Source: an uncultured Chloroflexia bacterium
Lineage (GTDB): Bacteria > Chloroflexota > Anaerolineae > Anaerolineales > Anaerolineaceae
Assembly: GCA_963841845.1 (NCBI GenBank)
Contig: CAWJEG010000005.1
Coordinates: 335,526 to 375,525 of the forward strand
DNA length: 40,000 nucleotides
Direction: 5' to 3'
Positions within the stretch are counted from its first letter, which is position 1; each line of letters starts with the position of its first letter. Shown piece after piece: positions 11,097-19,914 of this stretch. The notes under the pieces were generated by a model. That model had not been told where the DNA came from, searched no databases, and saw only the letters and a program-made list of their open reading frames with translations. The position numbers and the translations under genes are program-made.

Positions 11097-12423
11097 TTGA
11101 AAACCTTCATCCTATTTGTCATGCTGTGCGCAATCTCCGTCCTGCCTGGATGTTCGGCTTCGGAATCCACTCAGATTAGCCGTTGATTACCAGGCCACCG
11201 GATCCGCCACACCATTAACAACTGGAACGATTTTGTCTGCCAGGACACCTACCCTTACTATACCTCCCGGAAAAACCACAACCAGTTTACCTTCTGCCTC
11301 ACCAACCTCATCCAGTACCCCAACTGCCATGCCTGTCGGACCGGATGATTTCCCGGCGATGATTAATCCTCTCAGCGGGCTGCCGGTGGATCATGTTGAA
11401 TTACTTGCCCTCCCACCCGCATTGGTTTCAATTTCAAATGCACCACTGCCCACCCGCCCGCAGGCTGGCTTGTCCTTCAGCCCGTTGGTTTTCGAGATTT
11501 ATATCGGAGAAGGGGTGAGCAGGTACCTGGCTGTATTTTATGGCGATTACCCGAAGGTGGCGCCGGGCAGTTCGGGTGATGTGGATTACGGACTGGAGGA
11601 CGCAGTCGTTGGCCCAATACGCTCCGGCCGCTTACCTTATGAAAAGTTGCGCCAGTTGTACAACGGATTTCTCGTTTTTGCTTCAGCATCCAGCAGGGTA
11701 TTGCCATACCTGGATGAATATTTTATTTTTTACAACGAAGAAAAACAGAATTACAACCTGGCTCTACTGCCGGTGGCTCAACTCCAAAATTATGCAGAAC
11801 AAATGCTGGAAAACCATTCCAAGCGCGCCCTGCTGGGGTTAAGATTCGATTCTGGCATCCAGGCTGGCGGCAAAGACGCCAGGACAATCTGGATTCCCTT
11901 CCATGAATTGGATCAGGTCGTCTGGAAATTCAATCCGCAAATTGGATCTTACAACCGTTATCAGGACCAGGAAGACGGCAATACATTTATAAAGATGACC
12001 GATCGATTGAACGGTGACCCCCTGGCATTTGAAAATATTATTATCCTTTTTGCTGATTACACCTTCTTTGATGCCACCCTGTTCGATATTGAATTGATGT
12101 ATTTAAACCGCTACCCGGCACTCTTATTTCGTGATGGAAAAATGACAGAAATTTTCTGGACAACCGCCAACGAAGAATTTGAGGCGAGCACCGGTTTCCT
12201 GCGCCCAATCCGCTTTGTTGATGAACTGGGCCAGCCCATCGCACTTAAACACGGGCAAACCTGGGTGGAAATTATCCCCCGCAATTCCCCTTACTATGAA
12301 ATTCCAGCCGCAGAGGATTTCGCCGATCTCAGCCTTATTCAACAACCGGGAAGCGCCAACTGGCTGATTTATTTCCAACAGCCTCCCATCCCAGAGGTTG
12401 TTGAGACAGAAGAATCTGAGTAA
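11097..12423 (+). CDS. DUF3048-type secreted lipoprotein, with its signal peptide in a different frame (+1 frame change within 11116-11186)
   Basis: The main ORF (11116..12423) has the DUF3048-like core (INPLSGLPV..RPQAGLSFSPLVFEIYIGEGVSRYLAVFY) but no signal peptide. Hand translation from the TTG at 11097 gives MKTFILFVMLCAISVLPGCSASESTQISR*, a textbook lipobox (L-P-G-C), with a stop at 11184-11186. The frames differ by +1. The span is 1327 nt (3n+1). Confidence 0.7.
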
Positions 12424-13264
12424 GCAGCAGAGTATTCAATAGCCGTGTATTAGTCAGGTTTCTCAACGGCCCGGTTGACCTGCTCAACTGCAGGCGGCGA
12501 TATTGCGCTGTTCTGCTGTAATCTTTCAGGTTTTGAATGCGGCGGATGATCATGGGGTGGGATGAAAATAATTCAACAAGGTTATTACTGATTGAGTCAT
12601 CCTGAGTTTCAAGCATCTGGAGGGCCTGGCGGATCTCTTGCGGTGTATCTGCATCTTCGAAAACCAGCTTTACCAGGGCATTGATGGCTTTGTTCAGGTC
12701 TCCACAGGCTAACAGACCGGCTCTGTCAGCCGAAAATTCACAGGCACGGTTCCACCAGCGGAAAGCCAGTGAGAAAATAAACATAATACTTAACGATTGG
12801 GGAATACCGGCCATCCCGCCAATCAGTGTATTGACCCACACATGCCCAAGGGCAGCATGTCCCATTTCATGCCCCACCACAAATGACAGCTCCCTCTCAT
12901 CCATTTCCTTGAAAAGGCGGCTGAAAAGGACCAATCCTTTTGGGTCTGAAAAGCCGAAGGTGTATGCATTCATGGTATTGCTCGGGTATACATACACCTG
13001 CATCTTTCCGGGGTTTATCTTGCGGGCACAATCCCGGATTAACTTGATCACACCCGGTGATTTCTGTGGGTCAATCTGTAAAGACGTCTGAAGCAGCATC
13101 TGATGGTGCGCAAGGTTGGATTGGTAGGAATAGAAAATCACAAAAATCAGCAGCAAGGGCAGGATACACACGGATAAACCGGCGGTTAAAAGGATTACAA
13201 AGAAAACCAGCCCAAGGGTAAGGAAGAATATTCCGTGTTCACCCGGATAACGGTAGCTTGTCAA
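12335..13264 (-). CDS. M48-family Zn metallopeptidase (membrane-anchored, HtpX-like)
   Basis: HEXXH motif in VVGHEMGHAALGH, N-terminal TM helices (FFLTLGLVFFVILLTAGLSVCILPLLLIFVIF), and the downstream EFSADR. The start is TTG. The last ~30 codons overlap the convergent 11097..12423 gene by 89 nt, so the C-terminus is uncertain. Confidence 0.8.
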   Translation of the reverse strand: MTSYRYPGEHGIFFLTLGLVFFVILLTAGLSVCILPLLLIFVIFYSYQSNLAHHQMLLQTSLQIDPQKSPGVIKLIRDCARKINPGKMQVYVYPSNTMNAYTFGFSDPKGLVLFSRLFKEMDERELSFVVGHEMGHAALGHVWVNTLIGGMAGIPQSLSIMFIFSLAFRWWNRACEFSADRAGLLACGDLNKAINALVKLVFEDADTPQEIRQALQMLETQDDSISNNLVELFSSHPMIIRRIQNLKDYSRTAQYRRLQLSRSTGPLRNLTNTRLLNTLLLTQILLSQQPLGWEAVGNKSASWRFPVVE

Positions 13265-13603
13265 GTGGTATTTCCTGAATTTCTCAATATATATAAATAA
13301 TCATACCTGGTTATCTAAGTTTAATTTCCATTATTGTCATGGTTCTAATAGATACTCAGGAGATCACAAAAATGACGTTTTTTTTCGGCATCTCATGAAG
13401 TAAACGGCCATATCTTCTCCTCGCTGGGAATCTCGAGTTTGGTGAGAATATTCGCTACACGAAGCTGCCCATCAATTTAAGGTTTTACCAGTGCATTCAA
13501 TCTTCGATGAGGATTTCTCCGCACTTAATGAGGTATTTCCCGTCTCTCATCGCGGAATCGGATGGGCAAGGACATTTCCCTGTATATAGCGATAATTTCC
13601 CTT

Positions 13604-15064
13604 TCAAGGCCGCAAGTTTTGGCTTGATAAAAAGGCCCGGGAGATATTTATCTGGTCTTTATCTACCCGTCCATTTAGTTCCCATTGATCGAGCATATCG
13701 GAGAATTTTAAAACAGCATGCAGATTGTAACCGGACTCCTTGAGGGAAGCAGCTGCGCCGGACTGCCGGTCGATTAAAATAACCACATCCTCAACAATTA
13801 ATCCAGCATCTGTTAATTTCTTGATGACTTCGAATTTACTTCCACCCGTGGTGGCCAGGTCGTCAATTACCACTACCCGCTCCCCGGGCTTGTACTCACC
13901 TTCAATTTCGGCAGCAGTTCCATATCCTTTGCTCTCTTTTCGTGGGTAAATCATCGGCCAACCAGTTTGTATGCTGATGGTGGTTGCAATGGGTAAGGCC
14001 GCATACGGAATGGCTGCAATCCGGTCAAATTTTAATTTACGTAAAATGGGTAAGTAGGCAGAGCTAACCTCGGCAAGGATATCCGGATACGTCACCAACT
14101 GGCGGAGGTCCACATAGAAGGGGGAAACAATTCCCGATTTGAGGGTGAACTGGCCAAATTTTACACAACCTGCTTTCAACAAACCATCCGCCAGCCTGGA
14201 AGGGATCCCCGCCCGCCGTGCTGACGGTCCCTTGGCTTCCTTCATGATTTTCTTGCGCTGCTCCTTGATTTGATCATTGATCTCAATGGCTGCCTTGCGC
14301 ATATCGGGAGCACGTGAGATGCCGCGTGAGACCGGTATAATCAATCCCATTCCATCACTCCAAAGACCGGCCTGCAGCGTGGCGGAAAGATCCCCGCCCT
14401 GGAATCCAACACCGGGCGCCAGGATCCACAAATCCGGGGCTACTTTGCGCACATTGCGGATTGCTGCAGGATCTGTAGCACCTACCACCAGGCCGAGATT
14501 GTTGTTGGCATTCCAGCGCTGGGCCAGCATGGCTACCTTCTCATACAGGGTAAAATGGCGCACCTCGCCGGCCAGGGGCAGGTCCTGCAGGTCGCCCGCC
14601 CCGGGATTGGATGTCTTGCATAACAGAAATACACCGCGTGCCGGATTTTCCAGGAAGGCACGCATGGTCGTGTACCCAAGATACGGATTGAGGGTGATGG
14701 CATTCGCTCCGAGTACTTCGAAGGTTGAGTTGGCATAAGCACGTGCCGTTGAATCAATGTCGCCGCGCTTCGCATCCAGGATCACTGCAATATTGGTCGG
14801 GATGGCTTCAATCACATCCAGCAAAGCATCCCATCCTTTGGAGCCCATCGCTTCAAAGAAAGCCGCATTCGGCTTATAAGCCACAGCCAGGTCCTTGGTA
14901 TCATCGATCAGGTTCAAGCTGAAATCACGGGCGGACCGGGCAGTCATGCGCGCCAGGTCTTCCGGGTGAGGGTCCAGGCCGACACACAGCAGGGATTCGG
15001 TTTCCCGGATCCGTTCCTCGATCAGTTCAAAAAAGCTTTTCTTTTTCCTGCTCTCATCCATCAT
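13604..15064 (-). CDS. pyrF: Fused orotidine-5'-phosphate decarboxylase (type 2, N-terminal) / orotate phosphoribosyltransferase (C-terminal)
   Basis: The N-terminal half has LCVGLDPHP and ILDAKRGDIDSTA (PyrF type 2). The C-terminal half has GQFTLKSGIVSPFYVDLR and the PRPP loop VVVIDDLATTGGS (PyrE). It is a single uninterrupted 486-aa ORF. Confidence 0.9.
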   Translation of the reverse strand: MMDESRKKKSFFELIEERIRETESLLCVGLDPHPEDLARMTARSARDFSLNLIDDTKDLAVAYKPNAAFFEAMGSKGWDALLDVIEAIPTNIAVILDAKRGDIDSTARAYANSTFEVLGANAITLNPYLGYTTMRAFLENPARGVFLLCKTSNPGAGDLQDLPLAGEVRHFTLYEKVAMLAQRWNANNNLGLVVGATDPAAIRNVRKVAPDLWILAPGVGFQGGDLSATLQAGLWSDGMGLIIPVSRGISRAPDMRKAAIEINDQIKEQRKKIMKEAKGPSARRAGIPSRLADGLLKAGCVKFGQFTLKSGIVSPFYVDLRQLVTYPDILAEVSSAYLPILRKLKFDRIAAIPYAALPIATTISIQTGWPMIYPRKESKGYGTAAEIEGEYKPGERVVVIDDLATTGGSKFEVIKKLTDAGLIVEDVVILIDRQSGAAASLKESGYNLHAVLKFSDMLDQWELNGRVDKDQINISRAFLSSQNLRP

Positions 15065-15140
15065 GATACCTGCTCTCCTTTTCTGGAAATTATTGTGCGC
15101 TATTACAGTTCATCCGACTTATAACCAGGATTGTTATATA

Positions 15141-15173
15141 AAAAGGCAAAAAAAGAGAGCCTCTCAGGCTCTC
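15141..15173 (-). terminator. Intrinsic terminator after the aroE-like gene
   Basis: On the - strand: stem GAGAGCC / GGCTCTC (15155-15161 pairing with 15167-15173), a 5-nt loop, then T7 (complement of the A run at 15148-15154). It lies ~175 nt downstream of the stop at 15350. Confidence 0.7.
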
Positions 15174-15349
15174 CAGTTTAATAAACAAATGCCCGCTGGA
15201 TAGGGGCACTTCCGGGGCATATGTTCTTTTTGGAATAAAGCATTATTTCGCATTTCGAGTAAATTTTACGCTTTTTAATCTTCCTGTCAAGGAAAATCAA
15301 TCAAAAAGGTTAATATATTAAGATTTCTCCTTTATGACGAATACTACTC

Positions 15350-16315
15350 TCAATTCCGCACCGTACCTGCAGCTTTTGCCAGTCTTTCAAACAGCTCCCC
15401 TTGGATGGGGGTGTGCAGCACCTGGGCAACCACCTGCGTCCAGCCGTGCAGAAAGTACAGCCAGCCGTCTTCGACCACCAGTTTCCTGCTCTCGCGCTGG
15501 GTATACGCCTGGTGCAGAAAATCCAGCTCCCCGCGGTAGTTGAACTCCCAGGCGATGCCATTGAGCGGGAAAACTCCCTGATCGGTAATGGGCGACCCGG
15601 GTGTATCCTTGCCCATCCCGGTGGCGTTGATCACTATACTGTGCGATGGCATTCTTGCCATGAATTCATCGTTCTTTAACGGGTCCTGGTTGTGGACAAA
15701 TTCCACTTGAATATCCGTATCCTGCCCGGCAACCATTTCCTGCATGTGGTCAAGGCGCCCCTGGGAACGGTTGATTACCACAAAACGCTCCGGCCGGTCT
15801 GCAGCACCTTTCTTATTGATCAGGTGCAGTAGGGTCGCCAGGGCGGACCCGCCTGCCCCGAAACAAAGCACCTCGCCGCCTGTGCGCCCAAAATATCCCG
15901 CACCCGTGATGGCATCCATGCTTAATCCAGCCGAAATTGGGTCCTTGGCATGCCCCTCCAGTTTGCCTTCCCGCTTGGAAATGCTGGATATTTCTCCCAG
16001 GGTAAGGGCATAGGGGTCAAAATATTCGAACATATCCGTGCTGGCAGTGTACAGGTCCATTTTATGGGTGGTAACCAGCGCCCCCAGGGATAAGGGGTCC
16101 AATTTAATTTGAGCAACAGACCTGCGGTAGGCCTGCGGATCGTCGTGGATGGGATGGTCAATTCCTTCGATCTTGATTTCCGGCCTGCCCAGTTCCTGCA
16201 TCCACAGGGGAAAAACCTTCATGATCGATGATTTGCCGGTTGTCACTCCAATAAAATAAAAGGTGGGTTGATTCTTCTTAATCACCTGGAATCCATACGC
16301 TTCACTGGTCTTCAT
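15350..16315 (-). CDS. Shikimate/quinate dehydrogenase-like NAD(P)-binding protein
   Basis: 321-aa ORF. It has an N-terminal substrate-domain-like region and a Rossmann segment VLCFGAGGSALATLLHL, followed by INATGMGK, as in AroE/YdiB-family proteins. The substrate is not assignable. Confidence 0.55.
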   Translation of the reverse strand: MKTSEAYGFQVIKKNQPTFYFIGVTTGKSSIMKVFPLWMQELGRPEIKIEGIDHPIHDDPQAYRRSVAQIKLDPLSLGALVTTHKMDLYTASTDMFEYFDPYALTLGEISSISKREGKLEGHAKDPISAGLSMDAITGAGYFGRTGGEVLCFGAGGSALATLLHLINKKGAADRPERFVVINRSQGRLDHMQEMVAGQDTDIQVEFVHNQDPLKNDEFMARMPSHSIVINATGMGKDTPGSPITDQGVFPLNGIAWEFNYRGELDFLHQAYTQRESRKLVVEDGWLYFLHGWTQVVAQVLHTPIQGELFERLAKAAGTVRN

Positions 16316-16358
16316 AAAATTATTCCTTGATTGCCACCTAATTGTTCAAGTCATATCC

Positions 16359-17327
16359 CTATTTGACAGGATATTTCGGCACATCGCCGCGCAGCACCCG
16401 CAGGCATTCATCCATGGACATCCTGCCCATGGCATTCATGGCACCATCAGTGTGCGATGAGCCGTGGGGGGTGACAACGAACTGCGGCATATGCAGGAAT
16501 GGGCTGTCGGGATCCGGCGGTTCCTTGCAGAAAACATCCAGTCCAGCACCGGCAATGTGGCCGGATTGGACGGCCTGTAACAGGGCATCCTCATCAACCA
16601 GCTCACCGCGTGATGTATTGATCAGGTAGGAGCCCTGTTTCATTCTTGCCAGCGTTTCCGCATTGATCATCTGCCTGGTTTCAGGCAGCAGCGGTAAGTG
16701 CAGGGTAATGATGTCGGAACCTGCCAGGACTTCATCCCGGCTCACCAGGGTCACTCCGAAACTCCTGGCGGTTTCATGATCAGGGTATGGATCGTATGCC
16801 AGCAGGTGGCAGTCAAAATTCGACAGGCGCCTTGCAACCTGCTTGCCGATGGCGCCAAAGCCCAGCATGCCAACCGTTTTGTTCACCAGTGTATGCCCGT
16901 GCAGGCGCGGCCAGCCCCCGGATCTGGTGGCTGCCACTGCCTCGGGCAGTTTGCGCATCAGCGCCAGGATCAGGGTGATGGTCTGCTCCGCCACAGAGGC
17001 GGTATTGGCTCCCGGTGTATTGGTGACCACAATGCCGCGCGCCCTGGCCTCTTCCAGATCGATATTGTCCAGGCCCACCCCGTAGCGGGCAATCACTCTA
17101 AGGTTATCTGCATTTCGCAGGGCGTTCTTATCAATGATATCATTCCCGGCGATAAAGCCGTCCACACCCTTCAGCATCTGCGCCAGTTCTTCTGAAAGCA
17201 GGCGGCGGCCAGTGGTATTGACCACCACTTCGCCTGCCAGTTCCTGCAGCTCCGTTATCATGGACGGATCGCCCTTTCCAAATGAGGTAGGCGTTACCAG
17301 GATTTTGCATTCTTTTAATGGTTTCAT
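16359..17327 (-). CDS. D-isomer-specific 2-hydroxyacid dehydrogenase (phosphoglycerate dehydrogenase-like)
   Basis: NAD-binding loop GMLGFGAIGKQVARRL and the family blocks ITLHLPL, LINTSRG and GAGLDVF..EP. The start was chosen at MKPLKECKILV (ATG at 17327), which forms an ATGA overlap with the upstream stop. Confidence 0.85.
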   Translation of the reverse strand: MKPLKECKILVTPTSFGKGDPSMITELQELAGEVVVNTTGRRLLSEELAQMLKGVDGFIAGNDIIDKNALRNADNLRVIARYGVGLDNIDLEEARARGIVVTNTPGANTASVAEQTITLILALMRKLPEAVAATRSGGWPRLHGHTLVNKTVGMLGFGAIGKQVARRLSNFDCHLLAYDPYPDHETARSFGVTLVSRDEVLAGSDIITLHLPLLPETRQMINAETLARMKQGSYLINTSRGELVDEDALLQAVQSGHIAGAGLDVFCKEPPDPDSPFLHMPQFVVTPHGSSHTDGAMNAMGRMSMDECLRVLRGDVPKYPVK

Positions 17328-17911
17328 TTGCGCCCTCCAGGAGTTTGCCAACGCGGATTATCTTTGACTTCGGGTACTCCATTTTCTTCCATAACCAGTT
17401 TGCGGAAACCCTGAATTTCAATCGTTTTATAATCATGCCCGGCGTTAGCCGGGTACACAAAATAGGTGACCAGGTCATTCCCGATTCCATAATTTACCGA
17501 GCGGTGAGCCCAGCGCGGCGGAACATATAAAATCTTTCCCGGGGATAGTGCCTCTACAGCCCATTCCCCTTCCGGGGTCTCCATTACCATGCAGCCGCTG
17601 CCTTGAAGGCAGTAGTAAACCTCGGCTGTATCGATCACGGTATGGAAATGCCCCTTGGTCATATAATATTCTTTCCCTACTTTACCGGGATGGACAATCG
17701 AGATTCCATAAAGAAGTTCCCCTTCTATTTCAGGTCTTTTGAATTCATATACCTCGTACAGGGCAGGATCACCTTCTGCCATCATTTTCGCATAGGATTC
17801 CTGGTCAAAAAATTGACCATTCATACTGGAAAGCTTGCGGACAAGGTGATTATCATAACGGCTTGGTATTCCGCCGGGGAGGTTCAGGTCAAAGCTGGAA
17901 GGTAGTTCCAT
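17324..17911 (-). CDS. Cupin-type glucose-6-phosphate isomerase (cPGI family)
   Basis: By recall it aligns over its whole 195 aa with Pyrococcus-type cPGI: HPGKVGKEYYMTKGHFH..AEVYYCLQG, YVPPRWAHRSVN, YPANAGHDY, DNPRW. The metal ligands (H-x-H, E, H) are present. Confidence 0.85.
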   Translation of the reverse strand: MELPSSFDLNLPGGIPSRYDNHLVRKLSSMNGQFFDQESYAKMMAEGDPALYEVYEFKRPEIEGELLYGISIVHPGKVGKEYYMTKGHFHTVIDTAEVYYCLQGSGCMVMETPEGEWAVEALSPGKILYVPPRWAHRSVNYGIGNDLVTYFVYPANAGHDYKTIEIQGFRKLVMEENGVPEVKDNPRWQTPGGRK

Positions 17912-17966
17912 TATTCTCCTTTTGGGTTTCTGTCATTACGAATAGCAGTAGTGTGTAAAACCTTGT

Positions 17967-18998
17967 TTATAGAATTTCACTCAACAATACCGGGCGGTTC
18001 TCCAGGAAAGAACGGGTTCCAGCAAGGACCCCTGCTACTGCCCAGCGCCCATCTTCTCCTGAGACGCGAATTGGAGCTCCTGTCAGGATGGAATGGACAA
18101 AGCCCTTCATTTCTTCGATGTATGCCCACGCAAAGCGCTCCGGCCAGGTGCGGAAGATTGGGGCTACCAGGCCTTTGTCCCGGTCAACTCCAACAACAAC
18201 AGATTTTCCCTGCAGGGTTCCAATCTGTATAATCCCTTTTTCACCAACAATTTCCACCCTGGCGTCATATCCATAATCACATGGGCAGATACCTGAGATC
18301 ATACCCAGGCCCCCCGATTCAAATTTCACATTTACCAGCACATTATCATAAAAGTTCGGCGTGTCCACGTTGCGGCTGGCACCTTTGAAATTGGCAACCT
18401 CGGTGTAAACCCGCTGGTAATTGGAACCCATCAACCAGCGAATCGTATCCCAGTCGTGGCTGTTGACCTCTGCCAGCATCCCATTGGAGGTACTTAAGTC
18501 GCGTGCCCAGGGTGGGGGCAAACCCGGCCCGTGGGTGAGTGATTTAACCATCATCGGTGTACCGATTTCACCGGATTCAATCTTGTGAGCAGCCAGGACA
18601 AAATCCGGGTCAAAGCGGCGCATGAAGCCGAGCTGGAGATGAATCCCATTTCGCTTGATCGCCTCCATGATTATGTCACAATCTTCGAGTGATAATGCCA
18701 TGGGTTTTTCTAGAAATACATGCTTGCCATGATCAGCAGCCAGGACGGCCAGATCTTTATGGGTAAATGTGGGAGTTGTGATCACCACGGCATCAAAATC
18801 GCAGTTATCGATAGCTTCTTTAAGCGTTGCAAAACGCAGATCAATCCCAAAATCATTTGCCGTGTTATGGAGAATGCTCTCCACCGGATCAACAATCGCA
18901 ACGACCTCAGCTTCACCCATAGATTGGTTGATCGATTGGGAATGCAGTTTTCCAACCCGTCCAGCGCCTATCATACAAATTTTGACAATTTTCCTCAT
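17967..18998 (-). CDS. Gfo/Idh/MocA family NAD(P)-dependent oxidoreductase (inositol/sugar dehydrogenase-like)
   Basis: N-terminal Rossmann KICMIGAGRVGKLH, the EKP motif in VFLEKPMA, and a C-terminal alpha/beta domain typical of the family. Confidence 0.85.
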   Translation of the reverse strand: MRKIVKICMIGAGRVGKLHSQSINQSMGEAEVVAIVDPVESILHNTANDFGIDLRFATLKEAIDNCDFDAVVITTPTFTHKDLAVLAADHGKHVFLEKPMALSLEDCDIIMEAIKRNGIHLQLGFMRRFDPDFVLAAHKIESGEIGTPMMVKSLTHGPGLPPPWARDLSTSNGMLAEVNSHDWDTIRWLMGSNYQRVYTEVANFKGASRNVDTPNFYDNVLVNVKFESGGLGMISGICPCDYGYDARVEIVGEKGIIQIGTLQGKSVVVGVDRDKGLVAPIFRTWPERFAWAYIEEMKGFVHSILTGAPIRVSGEDGRWAVAGVLAGTRSFLENRPVLLSEIL

Positions 18999-19012
18999 AA
19001 GAGATCCTCTGG

Positions 19013-19840
19013 CTAATCCTTGATGTCTTTATAAAAATCAGAACTTCCGGGGTATGCGTCAGTGCTTGCCAGATCTTTATCCTGGTCGGGGGAGGAGCGT
19101 ACAAGCTCCACTTCAAACCGGGAGCGGTCTCCCCGATGAAAAGCACGATAATATTCAACAGGCTGGCCGTTATCCAGATAACTGACGCTGTCAAGTTGTA
19201 TCAATGCAGCCCCGTTCTTAACCCGCAGCCAACGGGCTGTCTCTTTATCTGCAGAGATGGCTTCAATGAAACGGCGCCCACGTGAAATTTGCAGGTGGCA
19301 GTCTTTTTCGATATATTCGTATAACGACCTTTGTGACAGATCAACCCCTGCCACCCCAGGGCAAAGTTCGTAGGGGATAAATGAATTTACCAGCTGGATT
19401 GGTTCGTCATTGATAAACCTTAATCTTAGTAAATCCACGACTTCCTTCCCGGGTTGAATCTGCAGGTAGATGGCAATCCGCTCATCAGCCGGGATGATGC
19501 GCTGCCGTAGAACGAGTGTCATTGGTTCAAAGCCGCGTTCCACCATGTCCTGGTAAAAACCGGTCAGTTTTTGGACGAGGCTCTCATTGATTTTTGGTTC
19601 GGCAACAAAGGTTCCTTTCCCTTTTTGGCGCCGGATAGTTCCCTGAAGTTCCAGTTCACGCAGCGCCTGGCGTACCACCGTCCGGCTAACCCGGTATTGA
19701 TTACATAGATCCTGTTCCCCGGGAATTTTCTCACCAACCTTCCAACTTCCCTGGTTTATTTTTTCTCTCAGGAGTTGGACGAGCTGGGCATAATAAGGTA
19801 CAGGGCTTTGAAAATCAATCTTATCGGGTTTATAATCCAC
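19013..19840 (-). CDS. GntR-family transcriptional regulator, HutC subfamily (UTRA effector domain)
   Basis: N-terminal wHTH (PVPYYAQLVQLLREKINQGSW..GEKIPGEQDLCNQYRVSRTVVRQALRELELQG) plus a C-terminal UTRA-like domain. It is the first gene of the five-gene minus-strand operon. Confidence 0.88.
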   Translation of the reverse strand: MDYKPDKIDFQSPVPYYAQLVQLLREKINQGSWKVGEKIPGEQDLCNQYRVSRTVVRQALRELELQGTIRRQKGKGTFVAEPKINESLVQKLTGFYQDMVERGFEPMTLVLRQRIIPADERIAIYLQIQPGKEVVDLLRLRFINDEPIQLVNSFIPYELCPGVAGVDLSQRSLYEYIEKDCHLQISRGRRFIEAISADKETARWLRVKNGAALIQLDSVSYLDNGQPVEYYRAFHRGDRSRFEVELVRSSPDQDKDLASTDAYPGSSDFYKDIKD

Positions 19841-19852
19841 GAAACCTCTAAA

Positions 19853-19886
19853 ATCCTGTTATGTTGTAATTACATTATAACAGGAT
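19853..19886. promoter_or_regulatory. Candidate GntR/HutC operator (imperfect 34-bp palindrome) just upstream of the regulator gene
   Basis: ATCCTGTTAT-gtt-GTAATTAC-att-ATAACAGGAT: perfect 10-bp outer arms and a perfect 8-bp palindromic core with a GT-N4-AC signature. It starts 13 nt upstream of the regulator start codon. It could also act as a hairpin after the upstream gene. Confidence 0.45.
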
Positions 19887-19914
19887 ATCAGTAAATTTAC
19901 CTTAATAAAATCAT

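Noticed and set aside
13380-13560. Short minus-strand reading-frame pieces downstream of pyrF-pyrE: MRDGKYLIKCGEILIED*, then SKIECTGKTLN*, then IDGQLRVANILTKLEIPSEEKIWPFTS*. Each is +1 from the previous.
   Set aside because: The +1 pattern makes this tempting, but the pieces are only 10-27 aa, have no recognisable family, and have no SD. The joined ~55-aa product is not compelling. I treat the region as intergenic unless a homologue is found.
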